64,000 bases of DNA, taken from the NCBI GenBank assembly GCA_950097015.1, contig CATNEN010000014.1, positions 496,001-560,000 on the forward strand. Reading direction: 5' to 3'. A model generated the notes under the pieces. It did not search any database, was not told the origin of the DNA, and saw only the letters and a list, made by a program, of their open reading frames with translations. Shown piece by piece: positions 51,801 through 63,840 of the stretch; position 1 is the first letter of the stretch; the number at the start of each line of letters is the position of its first letter. The stretch is from Macrostomum hystrix (Eukaryota > Animalia > Platyhelminthes). The translations under genes were made by a program, and so were the position numbers.

Positions 51801-54800
51801 GATACACATTGGGGGCATTTTCGTCGCATTGTGTATGGTGTCTGAAAAATATAAATTTAAGAATTAATGGCAGCACTTAAGAGCGGCAAAATGTTTCAAC
51901 AAAGCCTCTCAAGTATTCATTCGATCATGCTGTGAAAATTGCTCGTACGCACCCGACGTTGTCTCAGGCTTCACCGGCTTCGCCAATCGAAGATCTCCGA
52001 CAGGCGGTTTTGCGAATGGGACTCCGAGAAATTGCGACATTGTGACGTTTGAAATCGTCCTGATAGTGTGTCCATGGACATGACCAAAGTTTGGAATCGC
52101 AACCGAGTAGTCTGCGACTACGTCATGAATGTTGAACTTTGACACATCCGGAAGATTTTGCTTTGTCGCCTTCGGCAGTTTTTTTGTTAGGCTACTAAAT
52201 AGGCCAGTTGTGACTGTGTCCATGAAAGGCGCTTGATTAAAAGTATTCACGTACGGAAGTTCGTTCTTCCAGAGCGGGCATCGACCACTGTTCAGACCGA
52301 AGCCGTCTTCCACCATCACCGACTGTATAATGCCTGGTCCTCCCGAACTCGATTGCGCAATATCGTAAATTAGAAAGTCGGAGGAATTTAACCTAGTCCG
52401 ATTCCAACGAGATGTATCTGTAAAAAAAGAAGTCCTGCAGCTCTATAAACACTGTGCTAAAAGGGTTTCAAGCAAAAGCTGCAATTATGAGATCTACTAG
52501 CGCTGAACTATTTAATTTTAGGTTTCGATAAAAATCGATACAGTAATTTTAAGTTGAGCAACTTTTCAACCTGTTGAGATAACATCGTTGTTTGTAAAGG
52601 ACCCGCGTACTAAGGGATACTCTATTAAAACTAGCCGATTGTTACCTGTTACAGGCTTACCTGTTCCAGCGATATAGTGAACAAAGTCATTCATCATCAG
52701 TCGAGACAAGTTCTTGTGAATATCCGGATATCCGTCTCGCCTCAGCGGCTCGCCAAACAGGTAGCGGATGTCCCCCCAGTGGTCGGCTCCAATTAGACCC
52801 TCCTGCACTCGGAATGGGTCCTCCACATCAACATAGTACATGTAGATGGGGTGAGTGTCTTTCGCTCGCAGCAGATCACTAGTGGCTTCCCAGATCGGAC
52901 ACAAAAAGTTGAAGTCGCCCATCGCTCTTGACCAGATGGCCTTGATGCGATCATTGTAGTCAAAGTAGTTCCACTCGGTGAGGGCCAGCTTGAGGAACTC
53001 CAATCCAGTACGTCGGTTTTTCTCAGGAAATCGAGGGAAGTAGTTGAACTGCAGCTCAACAATCTAAAATGTGCATCACTTTCTCGATCTAGAATGCCGA
53101 AGCATTACATTCAGCTGGAAAGCCTTTGCATTAGGGCTTTATAATTACCTTCTCAAAGATGGTCCTGTTGAGCGACTCCCACGAGATGTTGCGTCTCGCC
53201 AGCGACTGCTCAATGTAGTACCGTCCTGAGTCTGAGCCCACTCCAGTCATATACGGCTTGTCCATTTCTCCCTTCCACCATTCGTCATAAGGGTGAATAT
53301 TGTTAAAGAAGGATTTGTTGAACACAGGCAAGAACAGCAGATGATCTCTCGAGTGCTGCATGTTAAGCTGCTCAGTCATGATTCTGTCGAGAGGAAGACT
53401 CCTCAGACATGTCAGGACGTCGTCCAGCGGACCTCGACCGCAATCAAGCTGAACGTTCACAAAGTATTCGCTCTCCTTCAGGACCTCCGCCGTCGAGCTT
53501 GACCAAGCGAGCGGCATTGAGGGCGAGCCACCCATCAGGATCATTCGGTCGAAGTAGGCTTTCGAGTCTGTGACGGCGTGGAATCCGGCGGACGCAGCGT
53601 CTGTCCCGTGACCAATCAAAGTGATTCGGTTCGGGTCGCCACCGAATGCCGGGATCACTGTCCTGATAAAGTCCAATGCGAGTCGCTGATCCATCAGACC
53701 GAAGTTTCCAGGCAGCTTGTCGTCGTCCAGGAACAGAAAGCCGAGAGCTCCGAGTCGGTAGTTAACTGTCACCAGAATCACGTCCTCGTTCTCGAGCAGC
53801 TGCTCACCTCGATATTCAGCCAGGCTGTTCGCTCCAGCTGTGTAGTTTCCACCGTGAAGGAACACTGCTGTCGGATTTCCAGATGTGCCGTTAGGAGCCC
53901 AGATGTTGAGGTAAAGGCAGTCTTCGGACATGCTACCACCCGGCACTGGCGGGATCGTCTGAGGACATGCTGGGGGCATGGTCTTTGCTATGAACGTCGT
54001 TCCAGTCGGAAACGCAGCGTAGCTGAATCGCTGCAGGGGCATACTTGCGTAAGGCACTCCTAGAAATCGGTTGATGATTTTTTCATTTGAAAGCTTTACC
54101 ACATCACCGGTTATTTTTGCTGGAGTTCCTAAATTGATGTCAACTTCTATCTCGCCAATAATTTCTCCTTCCGGTCCAATTGGGGGTGGTGTTGGTGTCG
54201 GTTCGACTAGCTCATTGACGTATGGAAGAACCGCCTGCCAAAATCCGCAGTCGTTGATTCGGAAACCGTGGTTGACAGAAACGTTGTAAACTTTAGCGTC
54301 AAGCACCAAATAGGGTTTAAGATTTGTTGTGTATTCCCACCACAAATCCGGACTATTTTTAGGATTTGGGTTTCCTGTGTTAGCGAAATAAGTGAAAAGT
54401 TCGATCATTTTTTCAGAAAGATTTCTTTGAAGGTTGCTCCACTCTGGACCCGTAAGCGGATTTCCAAATAGGTAGAAGGTGTCTTCAGCTGTAAAAGGTG
54501 AGAGTTTCAGATTATTATTAGGGTTATGCAAGACGAATATTTATAGAAATCCAGATTTACTCAAAAACGAGCCGCTTACAGAGGCCTGCACCATCAGATG
54601 TAATCCCTTCGATATTGGAATGCTCAGAAAACACGTAGTGATAGATGAATGCATCTAGAGGATGCCTCTTTGAAGTGACTTGTTGCAAATATTCATTGTT
54701 TCCGCAGGTATAGAAGCGGTCACTGTAAGCTTCGCTGAGACTGTCGACTAGCACTTTTCGGTGCATCAGCGGTGGCCGGTAGTGCATCCCAATAAGGGTG

Positions 54801-57800
54801 GCGCCTGGCACCTTGAGTTCTTCCGGAAGCCTTGGGTTGTAGAAGGAAGCGTTCACGATATTCTGAAATATTACGATGTGACTGTCTCAACTCGGCAAAG
54901 AAAAAAATATAGTGAAACACTGACAATGTTATTTGTAGTATCTAATTATTTTACCTCAAGGACTTCGTCGTAGGAGATATTCAGTAGGTCCATCTCGCCG
55001 AGTCTGACCCTGCGCTTAATAATTTCATTGCCAGGTCTATCGACGAAGCCGATAATCATAGGCACCTGGTTCATGTGACCTTTTTGCACTGATATCCAAG
55101 GGTCCTCCTTGAGAAAGTCTTCATCGATTGTTACCAGAGCCTCCGGACCGAACCTGTTAGCGAACTGGTTTGTGTAGACTTCGCGAATCTCCTCTTTGGT
55201 CTTGTTTCGCATGCAGGCGAGCCGCGCACTATTTAATCCTGAATCACAGCCCATCAGCCGTAGAAACTGCTGGACGCGCATTTGCGAGCTTTGGCTATCA
55301 TTAGTCAGAGGATAAGCCATTGAGGGACTGCCAGTCTGAAGAATGGCTCTGGCAATTCGTGTTTCATTTCGAATCAAGTGGTAGCCGATGGAAACAGCGC
55401 CTGCGTCATCTCCAACGGCGGTAATAAGGCTGGCATTTCCACCAAAGTTGTGAATATGCTCCTCAACCCACTTTATCGCCATCTCTTGATCAAAGAGTCC
55501 GAAATTTCCTCGGTTTCCATCGCTTGAAAATGGTAGGAAGCCCAGAGCCCCCAGACGATAGCCGACAGTTACCACGACAACGTCCTGCAGCTCGACTATC
55601 TTTTGGCCGCTTCTTGCTGGTTCCTGAATTCCTCCTACTTCAAAAAAGCCACCGTGAATATAGACAAGAACTGGGACTTGTGTACCGTTCGTTAGACGAG
55701 GCCTTGGGGTCCAAATGTTCAGGTACAGGCAGTCCTCGCTCTCTTCTAAGTTTCCGCCATATGCTTGAGGACAAACTTTTGGCATTTCTAGTGCCAAGAT
55801 TTCCTCTGAAAAAAATAAATTATATGATACACATTTTTAGGGCTGTACATATATTAAAGTCCAAGCTCAAATCGTAATCGATGAATATTTCCTTACTGTT
55901 ATTGATAGGATACATCGATGGTTTTTCGAATCGCTTGTCATTGATTGGGGGCTCGGCATAGGGAACCCCCAGGAAGCGCTCCATCTGAACACCGCTTTCG
56001 TTGACCTTCAGAAGGTTTCCGACGATTTTTGCATTGACGTCAGGTAGATCTATCGTCACATTGCTAACGATTTCCTCAGTGGTGGGTATCCTGAGGCTCT
56101 TGGCAGCTTTCTTCTCTTCCTTGGCTCGGTGGCTGTCATCGGGAATAGTACCATCCAACAAGAACGGATCCCTAGGCAGCGGGATCTTTACTCTTGTTGA
56201 GTCTCCAGGTACCAATCGATTCACGTAACTGAGTGTGTCGAACCACCAGCGGCAGCGACGAATCGCGAAGCCGCCAGTTAAGTTGTAGAGGCCTGGATCG
56301 TCGACCGGGCGGTAGTCGTTGAAGTTCCAATCTCCGGCGATTACGCTTGGCCAGTGTTGGTCTGTTGGTCGCAATAAGATAGCTTTGTTATTGCCCTTTT
56401 CTGCCGGAATTCTTACTTAAAAGTATAAGCTAGCCGATTTGTCTACAGGACAGGAAAAATGCGGATTAAATAGAAAAAAGTTTTCAACATTTATTTTTCT
56501 AGAAGGGCGATGCTCAGAAATTGATTTCTTACGCGAAATCAATTCTCGTATTTGAATAGGGTATGTAATTTATTCTTTCAGAGTAAGACAACGAAGCTGT
56601 TTAGCCGCCCGTTTTTACCAATAGGGAATTTCCCCTCTGTTATATTTTGGTAGCGCCTAAATCCTAATAGCGTTGGCAGGTGACTGATTGGTTGGCAGAC
56701 TAGGCAATGGTGTACTGTGGTTGAGCTGCGCCTAATATTTTGGCTTGATCAGGAAATTTGGAGAAATTCGCGTCGGGGTGTCCATAGTGGCCTATTTCCA
56801 CTAGTTTTAGTAGCACTTGAAGGTCCAGCGAATCCGTCTAGATGAAGGTAGGTGACCACCAAAGACGAAGATGATGCAGGTACATTCGGTTAACATGCTG
56901 ATACATTTCGAAGGCCTTGCAAGGTCACGCTGAGGCGCAGTGTTAATTTGTGTATCTTGGTGCATGAAACGCACTAGCGCTTATGGGAAAAATCCTACTT
57001 CCGGGCCAGAAGCATTGAATATCCCGATGGTCTGAAGAGCTGGCGACTTGATTCTTTTTTCAGAAGATGGTAAAGAAAAAGTTGGCCCGTGTTTTTGAGT
57101 TTCGTTTTTTGCGTTGCTCCGTTCGGATGAAGCTCAAAAAATTGTCACGGGGGGTAAATTCCCCCCATGGTAAATCAGAAGACGAATCATTTGTCATAGA
57201 CGATTTGAAATAGAGCAAAAGGTTGCCAAACTGTATCCATCAATTCCAAATGCAGTTTTTTAACTAACCTACACATAGCCTAGTTTGTCATAAGTACATC
57301 AAGCACATTAAGCACATTAACCTCTTCCGTACCGAGACTTTTTACTGCACTCCGTGAAAATCTGTATGGTCAGCATGGCTGACCATAGACTTTTTCATCC
57401 TTGGCGTGTGGTCTTGCTTCACTCCATGAAAATCCGAAGCGAACTCTATGCAGTTCTTGCGCATCGGTTTTTTATTCCTTAGACGAATGGGTGGGTGGCT
57501 GTAACGCAATGCGTCTATGTCCTAAACCTTCCAACCCTATATATGTACAGTAAGCTGTTGGCGCAGTACAGCTTGATGCCGTACTTGGCACGCTTCGTTG
57601 CGATGTACTGCTTGAAGCGCAGTCGCCCCTTGTACAGCACCACTGGCTCCTCCTCCGGCCTGTAGACATTCATGCACAGATGTCTCAAGGTATGCAGCAA
57701 AGGTCGAATCTTAAACAACGAATCGCCAAGAGCCAGATCCTCGGTGCAATCGCAAAAGCGAAAGCAGACCGAGCAGCTGCTTGAACAGATCCCTGCAGAG

Positions 57801-60800
57801 CGCTTCAGGGATTTGAAAGAATGGTGTTGAATAGTAGCTGTCCATACATCAGTACTGGTTCATCTCGGCTTTTTGTTGCTGCCCATTTAGAGGTACATCC
57901 CAATTAACTTCATCACTTTATTCGCACCACAATCAGTCCGTTTTCGAAAAATCACAGCTAGGTCATCAGCAGGCGTTGCATGGATTACGGCCCAAGGCTC
58001 TTCGGTTAGTCCATTCAAACATTAGTCTTCAAACAAAGAGTCGGGGAGATAGAGACAAAGAAAAAAAGAAGTGAACTGCTCAACATCACCGGGAACTTCG
58101 ATTCCAGGATTAAGTCCTGGTGTGCCTAGAAATTCAGTTTCACTTTCGGAAACGTCAATCCCAGCGATAGCAGGACGCCATGGCATCTCAACGCCCGCTT
58201 CTTCATTGCCTGTGTCCATGACATCAGACGCCTCCTCCAAGATGACTAAGTCCTCATCATCTGACGTCATTAGCTCATCCATTCGCTTATTTTCTTTGTG
58301 ACGTTACTGAAAATGTCGCTGCTGTCTAATAAATGGTGGCTGAAGTTAGCTTGTTTACACTAAGCTTGTTTACACTACTCTTAGGTCAAGACCCTAGGAT
58401 GTTACAGTGACATACATGACTTCTTTATGTACTCGTACATTCGTTAGTTTGAAGCATACACAGCTGAAATCCGAGATTTTTCAGTTATCACTTATGGCCT
58501 CACAGTTATCAAGCCCGCTTTGCAGAAGCTATTTAACTCAATCCTTAGGCTTGGATGTACTCCTAAACAATGGTCACTAGCATTAATAAGCCCAATCTAC
58601 AAGAAGGGGTCTCGCAGTGATCCAAAAACTACAGACGAATAAGCGTCCTGCCAGCCATCGCGAGACTGTTTGCATCAATTATTTACGAGAAATTAGAAGC
58701 ACACATCAAAGCCCTGAACTCACTATCGGCTAGTCAAATAGGAAGCAGAAAAAGTTGCCGGACTTCTGATCACATCGCAACCCTATTGACATTAATTCAT
58801 AAAAATAAGAAGTATAGACCTTTCTATCTCGTTTTCTTTGATTTAAAAAGCGCCTTTGACATGGTTCACCAGCCAACCCTAGTCACACGATTAAAGCAGT
58901 TGGGCGTGAACCCAGCAATAATAAGTATTATTGAGATTATGTACTCAAGCGCGAAATTTTACCTCATGGTTTCAGAAAGCAACCATGAAGCGTGTCAAAT
59001 TACTAATGGTGTCAGACAAGGATGCCCCTATCTCCACTGCTATTCTCCCGATGCATCGACCCGCTAAGCACAATTCTAAAAAACTCATTTCAAAGCCATA
59101 CCTCCATATTGAATGAAGAAGTAAACAACCTGCTTTATTGTGACGATTTAGTCATTTTTGGTGAAGACCTGACAGAATTACAAAAAAGCCTCTACAAAAT
59201 AGCAGACTTTTGCAATACTCATAAATTAGAAATAAACATTCAGAAGACAAAGCTTCTGAGCTGCAATCTCCACTCAAGGGCAACACATAGACTGTTTTTA
59301 CCAAGGACCACTAGTAGACTACTTGAGTAGTCCGTGGTTTTTACATGGTCAACTTGTTGAACCCGTACGACAGTGGAAATATCTTTGGTTTCACATGAAC
59401 GTGAAGGGAACAGTAGATACTCATGCCATAGTACCAGGTAAAAAAGTGGACATCCAATAATGCTTCTGAGAAAGTTGGCAGGATTTCAGAGAGCAACACT
59501 AACAGCTCATCTTGTTTAGCACAACTTTGATTGAAAGCATAGTTCTCTATGCATCAGAGGCCTGGGGAGCTTTTGTCTCCTGGAAACTGGGTACTTGGGA
59601 TCGGAACCTTATAGAGAGAATTAATTTTAGAATCTGCAAGTCGATTCTGCAAGTTAGTCCAAACACTGACAGCAATGGTGCTCGGTCCGGTTAGGAAGAC
59701 TACCACTATTATAAAGTATCCAAAAAGAAGCCGTCAATACTGGTCCTCAGTTCGGAGCCGACCAGACTCCATCATCGCGAAATGTGTGGCAGATTACAGA
59801 ATACATCGATGTTGGCATTGGGGAAAAATTAATAGTGAAGTAATGCGGAATTGTCAACTGACTAGAAAAACAAAGTCCATCAAAACGCACAGAGAGAATT
59901 TTGAGTCAGAGTTTCGAAGGCACTGGACTCAGAGGATGGGAAAATCAGCCAAGCTCAGCCACTTCTATTACACGTTTAAGAAAGATTTCTCCCGAGAAAA
60001 GTACCTAACAATAATCTCTAACCCAGAAAAAAGGCGCACAATGTCCCGATTTCGTCTAGGAAACCACAAACTGGCCTGTGAGACATTGCGCACTGTAAGA
60101 CCGAAAATCGCCTATGAAAACAGAACATGCCCAAAATGTAGAGTCGAGGTAGAGAACGAAAATCATATTCTCTTTAGATGCGGTTGGTCCGTTTATGTTC
60201 CAATTAGAAATAAATCCATAGAGAAAGTGGCAGGCACAGTTCGAAATTTCGAAAGCCTAACAGCTGATGACAAAATGGTGTATTTAATGACACAAGGAAA
60301 GCACAGAACTAACAGAAAGTTTTGTGAACTTCATAGAAAGCAAACTTAAAGCTAGATAAAAAAGCCACTGCCCTGAGGCCCATAGTTAGAATGCTTGATT
60401 ATAATTTGAGTTTTAGTTTTCTTATATTTGATCGTAACTTGCAAAAACAAAATAGCTATTCTCCTTTCGGGATTGAAGTGATTTCAGTCACAGTTTTAAT
60501 TTTATCTTTAAATTTCTATATTTCATTTTTTTGTTGTAATGCCTTTGTTTACAAATTTCAAATATTTTATTTACCTAAAATTAAAATTACTATTATGAAT
60601 GCTACTGTTTTTCTTTCACCTTTTTAAATCGAATTGTTCAGCCTTGTTACCAACATCAAATAAACAAAAAATCTGTACCCAATCGGCATGCGCACTTTAA
60701 TAATAATAATAATTATTATTATTATTACAATATCTCTCAAGCGTTTTTTGTTCATTCCGAAATTGTAGTCAAATGCACTGTCTATGCTTCCTGCAAAAAC

Positions 60801-63800
60801 AGGAGTTGTCTGTGTTAAGTGCTGCTTACGCTTAAGTGCTGATATGTTGCACAAACTAGACCAGTTCGGAAGAGGTAGTCTAAACTAAGGTCTGCTATTA
60901 TCAGAGCTCTTGCTTTTTGGGGTCTCAGTCAGTTAGTACAATAGCAGGTGCAATATAACGATCGTAATTAGAGGTCAGGATTAGGGGTCAGGAAAAGAGG
61001 ACCTGCATCCCGAGACTTCAAATTTGCAAGACCACAGCACTAACTAGTCAAACACTTTAAGTTAGTAGGGAAAGATTTTGCAAAGCGATAACAAAGTTGC
61101 TAACTGCTATCTACGTTGGATCAGATTATCTCAGAGGCAGATGCGGTGCGAGTGGGGCGGAGGAATGTGAAGAGAGACCTATTAAGGGGAGTTAACGTCT
61201 GTTAAGCACCTAAGAGTTGCAACTGCAGCTGCGCTATGTGGCCTCACCGCAGAATCGAGCTCGTGGACATTGGGGTGAGAAGCAAATGCGTTAGACCCCT
61301 ATGGCACTCACCCCAGCAACCCATACAAAAAATGTTGCCCATCGCAGATTTTCAGCTTTACTGATTCTGTCGATGGCTCTAGCAACTCGTGAATGCTTGT
61401 AAGCGTTGGGTGATCAACTCTACATATTTCATTAAAGCACTTATGCTCTTCAGAACTACCATTACTTTCAGAATTACCTTTACAGTAGCGCTTATCTGTT
61501 TGCAAAAACTTTATGTTACACTTCGCATTGTGAAATAAATTTCAATAAGCCAAATTGAAATCAACCAGTTTTGTAACTTCTATACCCTTGAATTTAATTT
61601 AATAATCTGCATGACAGATCCTGCCTATGCAACTGTGAATATGCTACTGAGCCACGAGTTATCCAGTAGATATTATACCCAGATCTTAAGCCTAGACCAG
61701 AGGAATTCATAATAATGCGCCCAGTGAGGGGTTTCGGTGCAATAATCAACAGATTCCAGCTTACTGGGCACTCCGTTGGTGACGAAGTTCGCCAGGTCCG
61801 CCATCATGCGTTTCGACAGATTGTTGTGCGCATCCGGGAATGCGGGTCCCGGTCCGTCTGGCACGCCCAGGAAGTAGCGGACGTCGTTCACGTGACCAGG
61901 CGCCGCGTCCTCTCTGAACGGATCCGGGGCGCCGAAATAGTACAAGAAGCTTTTCATGTCCTCGCCAGGCTTCGGCCTGTCGTCGTCAAATAGTGCGTAC
62001 AGTGTCGGGCAAAGGTAGCTGAAGTCGCCCAGCGCTTCGGCCCACTTCTTCAGCAGCAGCTGCTTGTTCTCAGCATCGTTCCATTCCGTGTGCGACAGCT
62101 GGAGAAACTTCATACCCGTGTCGTCTACCCGCGTCGGGAAGCGAGGATGGAATGGGAACTGCAGACGCAGGATCTGGATTAGAAAGTGGGTTTGCAGAAT
62201 GAGATTCGCTATAAATATGAAAGTTTGAATGTACGAGCTAGTATTTAAAAAGTTTAAATGGAAGTTAATATTGTAGAAGTTTTGCAAAAACAGCTTGAGA
62301 GAATTCAAAGCCTCTATACGAGTGTTTTGTGCATTCGCTAATTAATGAGGGAAATTTAAGAAAACTTGTTCAAATTACTATTTTTTTACTTTTTCCTCAC
62401 CGATTTTCATTAAAAGTTTCTTAATTACTTAAAAAACTTGTCTGATAAGAACTCGGATCGAATGCTCCAAGCGTATAAAAGGTTCAGTAACTGGTCTTAC
62501 TAATGATAATTATCTTATATACTGCAAAAAAACGCAGTAAAATGGTGCAATTGAACGCGCAAGATAAACGCTATAGTTTCCACATGTTCTTACATTCAGG
62601 TTAAGTTTTTTGCCTACAACCAAAGAATATTACGAGCTTAAAACCTTCAACTAGGACCGAAACCTTAGTTCTGTTTGACATTTCTTCAATGCCAAAAGTA
62701 TAGCAGCTTTATTTACGAAGCGCCACTCACTTCGTAGTACACGGTGCGGTTCATGATATCGATGGTCAGGTTCCTCGAGTTGAGCGAGTTCAGAGCAAAC
62801 TCGATGCCCGAATCGGCCGTGACACCCATCAGGATGGTGACGTTCTTGCGACGCTCGCCCCAGCTGATGAGAGGGTCCAGATAGTTGAAGAACTCTCGGT
62901 CCAGCACCGGCATAAACTCAAGGGTGGTGTAAAGCTTTTCATAGTTCTTCTGCTCCTCGATGAGCTTCTCAATCGAAACATCTTTCCTGACGCAGTCGAT
63001 CACCTCGGCCAGCTTACCGTCGCCTTTTGCACAGTCGAGCTGGATGTTCACAAACCGCTCGCTGATTTCTCTCACTGCGTTGATGTCGTTGGACCAGGCC
63101 AGGGGCATGAAGTGCGAGCCGCCCATCATCACTGCACGGGTCAGGGGAATGGAGCCAGCAGCAATGTGGAACCCGACGGACGCTGAGCCTGTGCCGTGAC
63201 CAGCCAGAGTGATTTTGTCCCGGTCTCCACCGAATGATCCAATCAGCTCTGTAATAGTCCTTAACGCCAGGCGTTGGTCCAGCAGACCGAAGTTTCCAGG
63301 CATCTCATTCGGGTCGAGATAAAGGAATCCAGTGACTCCGAGTCGGTAGTTGATGGTCACGAACACAATGTCCTGGTTTCGCAGTAGCGTCTCGCCCTGG
63401 TTCTCGGGCTCAGCAATGCCGCCAGTCTCAAAGCGGCCGCCATGTATGTAGACGAGAACAGGATACTTTGCACCGCCTGTGGTGTTAGGGGACCAGATGT
63501 TCATGTACAAGCAGTCTTCGCTGTAGGGTAGGCTCTTCGTGGAGTTGTCCTGGGGACACAGCGGTGGCTGATGCGTGGCGTCAATTGTGACGTCCTCAGC
63601 ATAACTCAGCGGGCTGGGCCTAGCGAAACGGCGATCGCCAGTTGGTGGCTGAGCGTAAGGGACTTTGAGAAATCTGTTGATCTCTTTCCACTCGGTTTGG
63701 GAAGTGACATTCACACGATGGCCATTGAACTTGTAGCCATCATGGGTCACCTGAACAGGTCCGATGACTGAGTCGGCATTGAAGCCGGCAGTCAGAGCCA

Positions 63801-63840
63801 GTAGCAGGACTGCTACTAGCGTGATTTTTAGCGGCCTCAT
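39875..63840 (-). CDS. Gene A: giant eight-domain tandem non-catalytic carboxylesterase/cholinesterase-like (neuroligin-like) type I membrane protein, ~4681 aa; exons 63840-62731, 62173-61765, 56400-55897, 55805-54955, 54862-54580, 54488-53149, 53063-52661, 52417-51953, 51841-50994, 50774-50486, 49995-48644, 47922-47523, 47436-46969, 46853-46006, 45698-45413, 45232-43839, 43720-43309, 42576-42136, 42062-41200, 41099-40811, 40665-39875
   Basis: Signal peptide MRPLKITLVAVLLLALTAGFNA. Eight COesterase motif sets, and no internal signal peptide or stop. Each ORF ends or starts at a GT/AG site, phases match at all 20 introns, and the total (14046 nt) is divisible by 3. Ser/Thr stalk, TM and tail ..DTTHL*. 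Confidence 0.8.
40390..42330 (-). other. Gene A domain 8 (type B)
   Basis: GVEAG elbow, HGGFF, GQTSSPG (acid lost), STLFEDAF (His lost). Confidence 0.85.
42480..44890 (-). other. Gene A domain 7 (type A)
   Basis: GHGIG elbow, HGGNF, GSDHQADLRY. Confidence 0.85.
44960..47150 (-). other. Gene A domain 6 (type B)
   Basis: GVEAG elbow, PGGFF, HASLFEDAFY. Confidence 0.85.
47270..49670 (-). other. Gene A domain 5 (type A)
   Basis: GHGTD elbow, HGGNY, GADHWGDIRY. Confidence 0.85.
49740..52140 (-). other. Gene A domain 4 (type B)
   Basis: GVEAG elbow, PGGFF, HASLFEDAFY. Confidence 0.85.
52260..54170 (-). other. Gene A domain 3 (type A)
   Basis: GHGTD elbow, HGGNY, GADHWGDIRY. Confidence 0.85.
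54230..56070 (-). other. Gene A domain 2 (type B)
   Basis: GDDAG elbow, HGGFF, GAGLSEDTFY. Confidence 0.85.
56600..57180. mobile_element. MITE-like element with imperfect TIRs containing a single monomer of the 60-bp satellite
   Basis: Left end tttttaccaatagggaatttcccctc and right end ggggtaaattccccccatggtaaat are imperfect inverted repeats. Internal gactgattggttggcagactaggcaatggtgtactgtgg..gcgcctaatattttgg. Confidence 0.6.
57317..58400 (-). mobile_element. Degenerate piggyBac (PGBD-like) DNA transposon
   Basis: Minus-strand EEPVVLYKGRLRFKQYIATKRAKYGIKLYC (piggyBac DESMxxFKGR..KYGIK motif) and N-terminal FLGTPGL..FTSFF. TTAA|CCTCTTCCG end at 57317. Frameshifts and stops. Confidence 0.85.
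58545..60400 (+). mobile_element. 5'-truncated, frameshifted non-LTR retrotransposon (LINE, CR1/L2-like) reverse transcriptase
   Basis: ISPIYKKGSRSDPK..YRRISVL, FFDLKSAFDMV, GVRQGCP/LSPLLF, LLYCDDLV, LEINIQKTK, and C-terminal RTCPKC..ENENHILFRC across several frames. Confidence 0.92.

Larger units (their letters stand above)
56230..63760 (-). other. Gene A domain 1 (type A; interrupted by 5.4-kb intron 2)
   Basis: GHGTG elbow, HGGRF, APGHVNDVRY. Confidence 0.8.

Noticed and set aside
15483-56228. Many plus-strand ORFs overlapping esterase exons (e.g. 20647-21222, 51141-51845, 53578-54063)
   Set aside because: Antisense shadows of GC-balanced coding sequence. Their recurrence just mirrors the duplications.
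13588-63840. A cluster of 12 independent active carboxylesterase or acetylcholinesterase genes
   Set aside because: Only two signal peptides and two TM/stop ends exist. Exons span domain boundaries, and no domain has the GxSxG serine.
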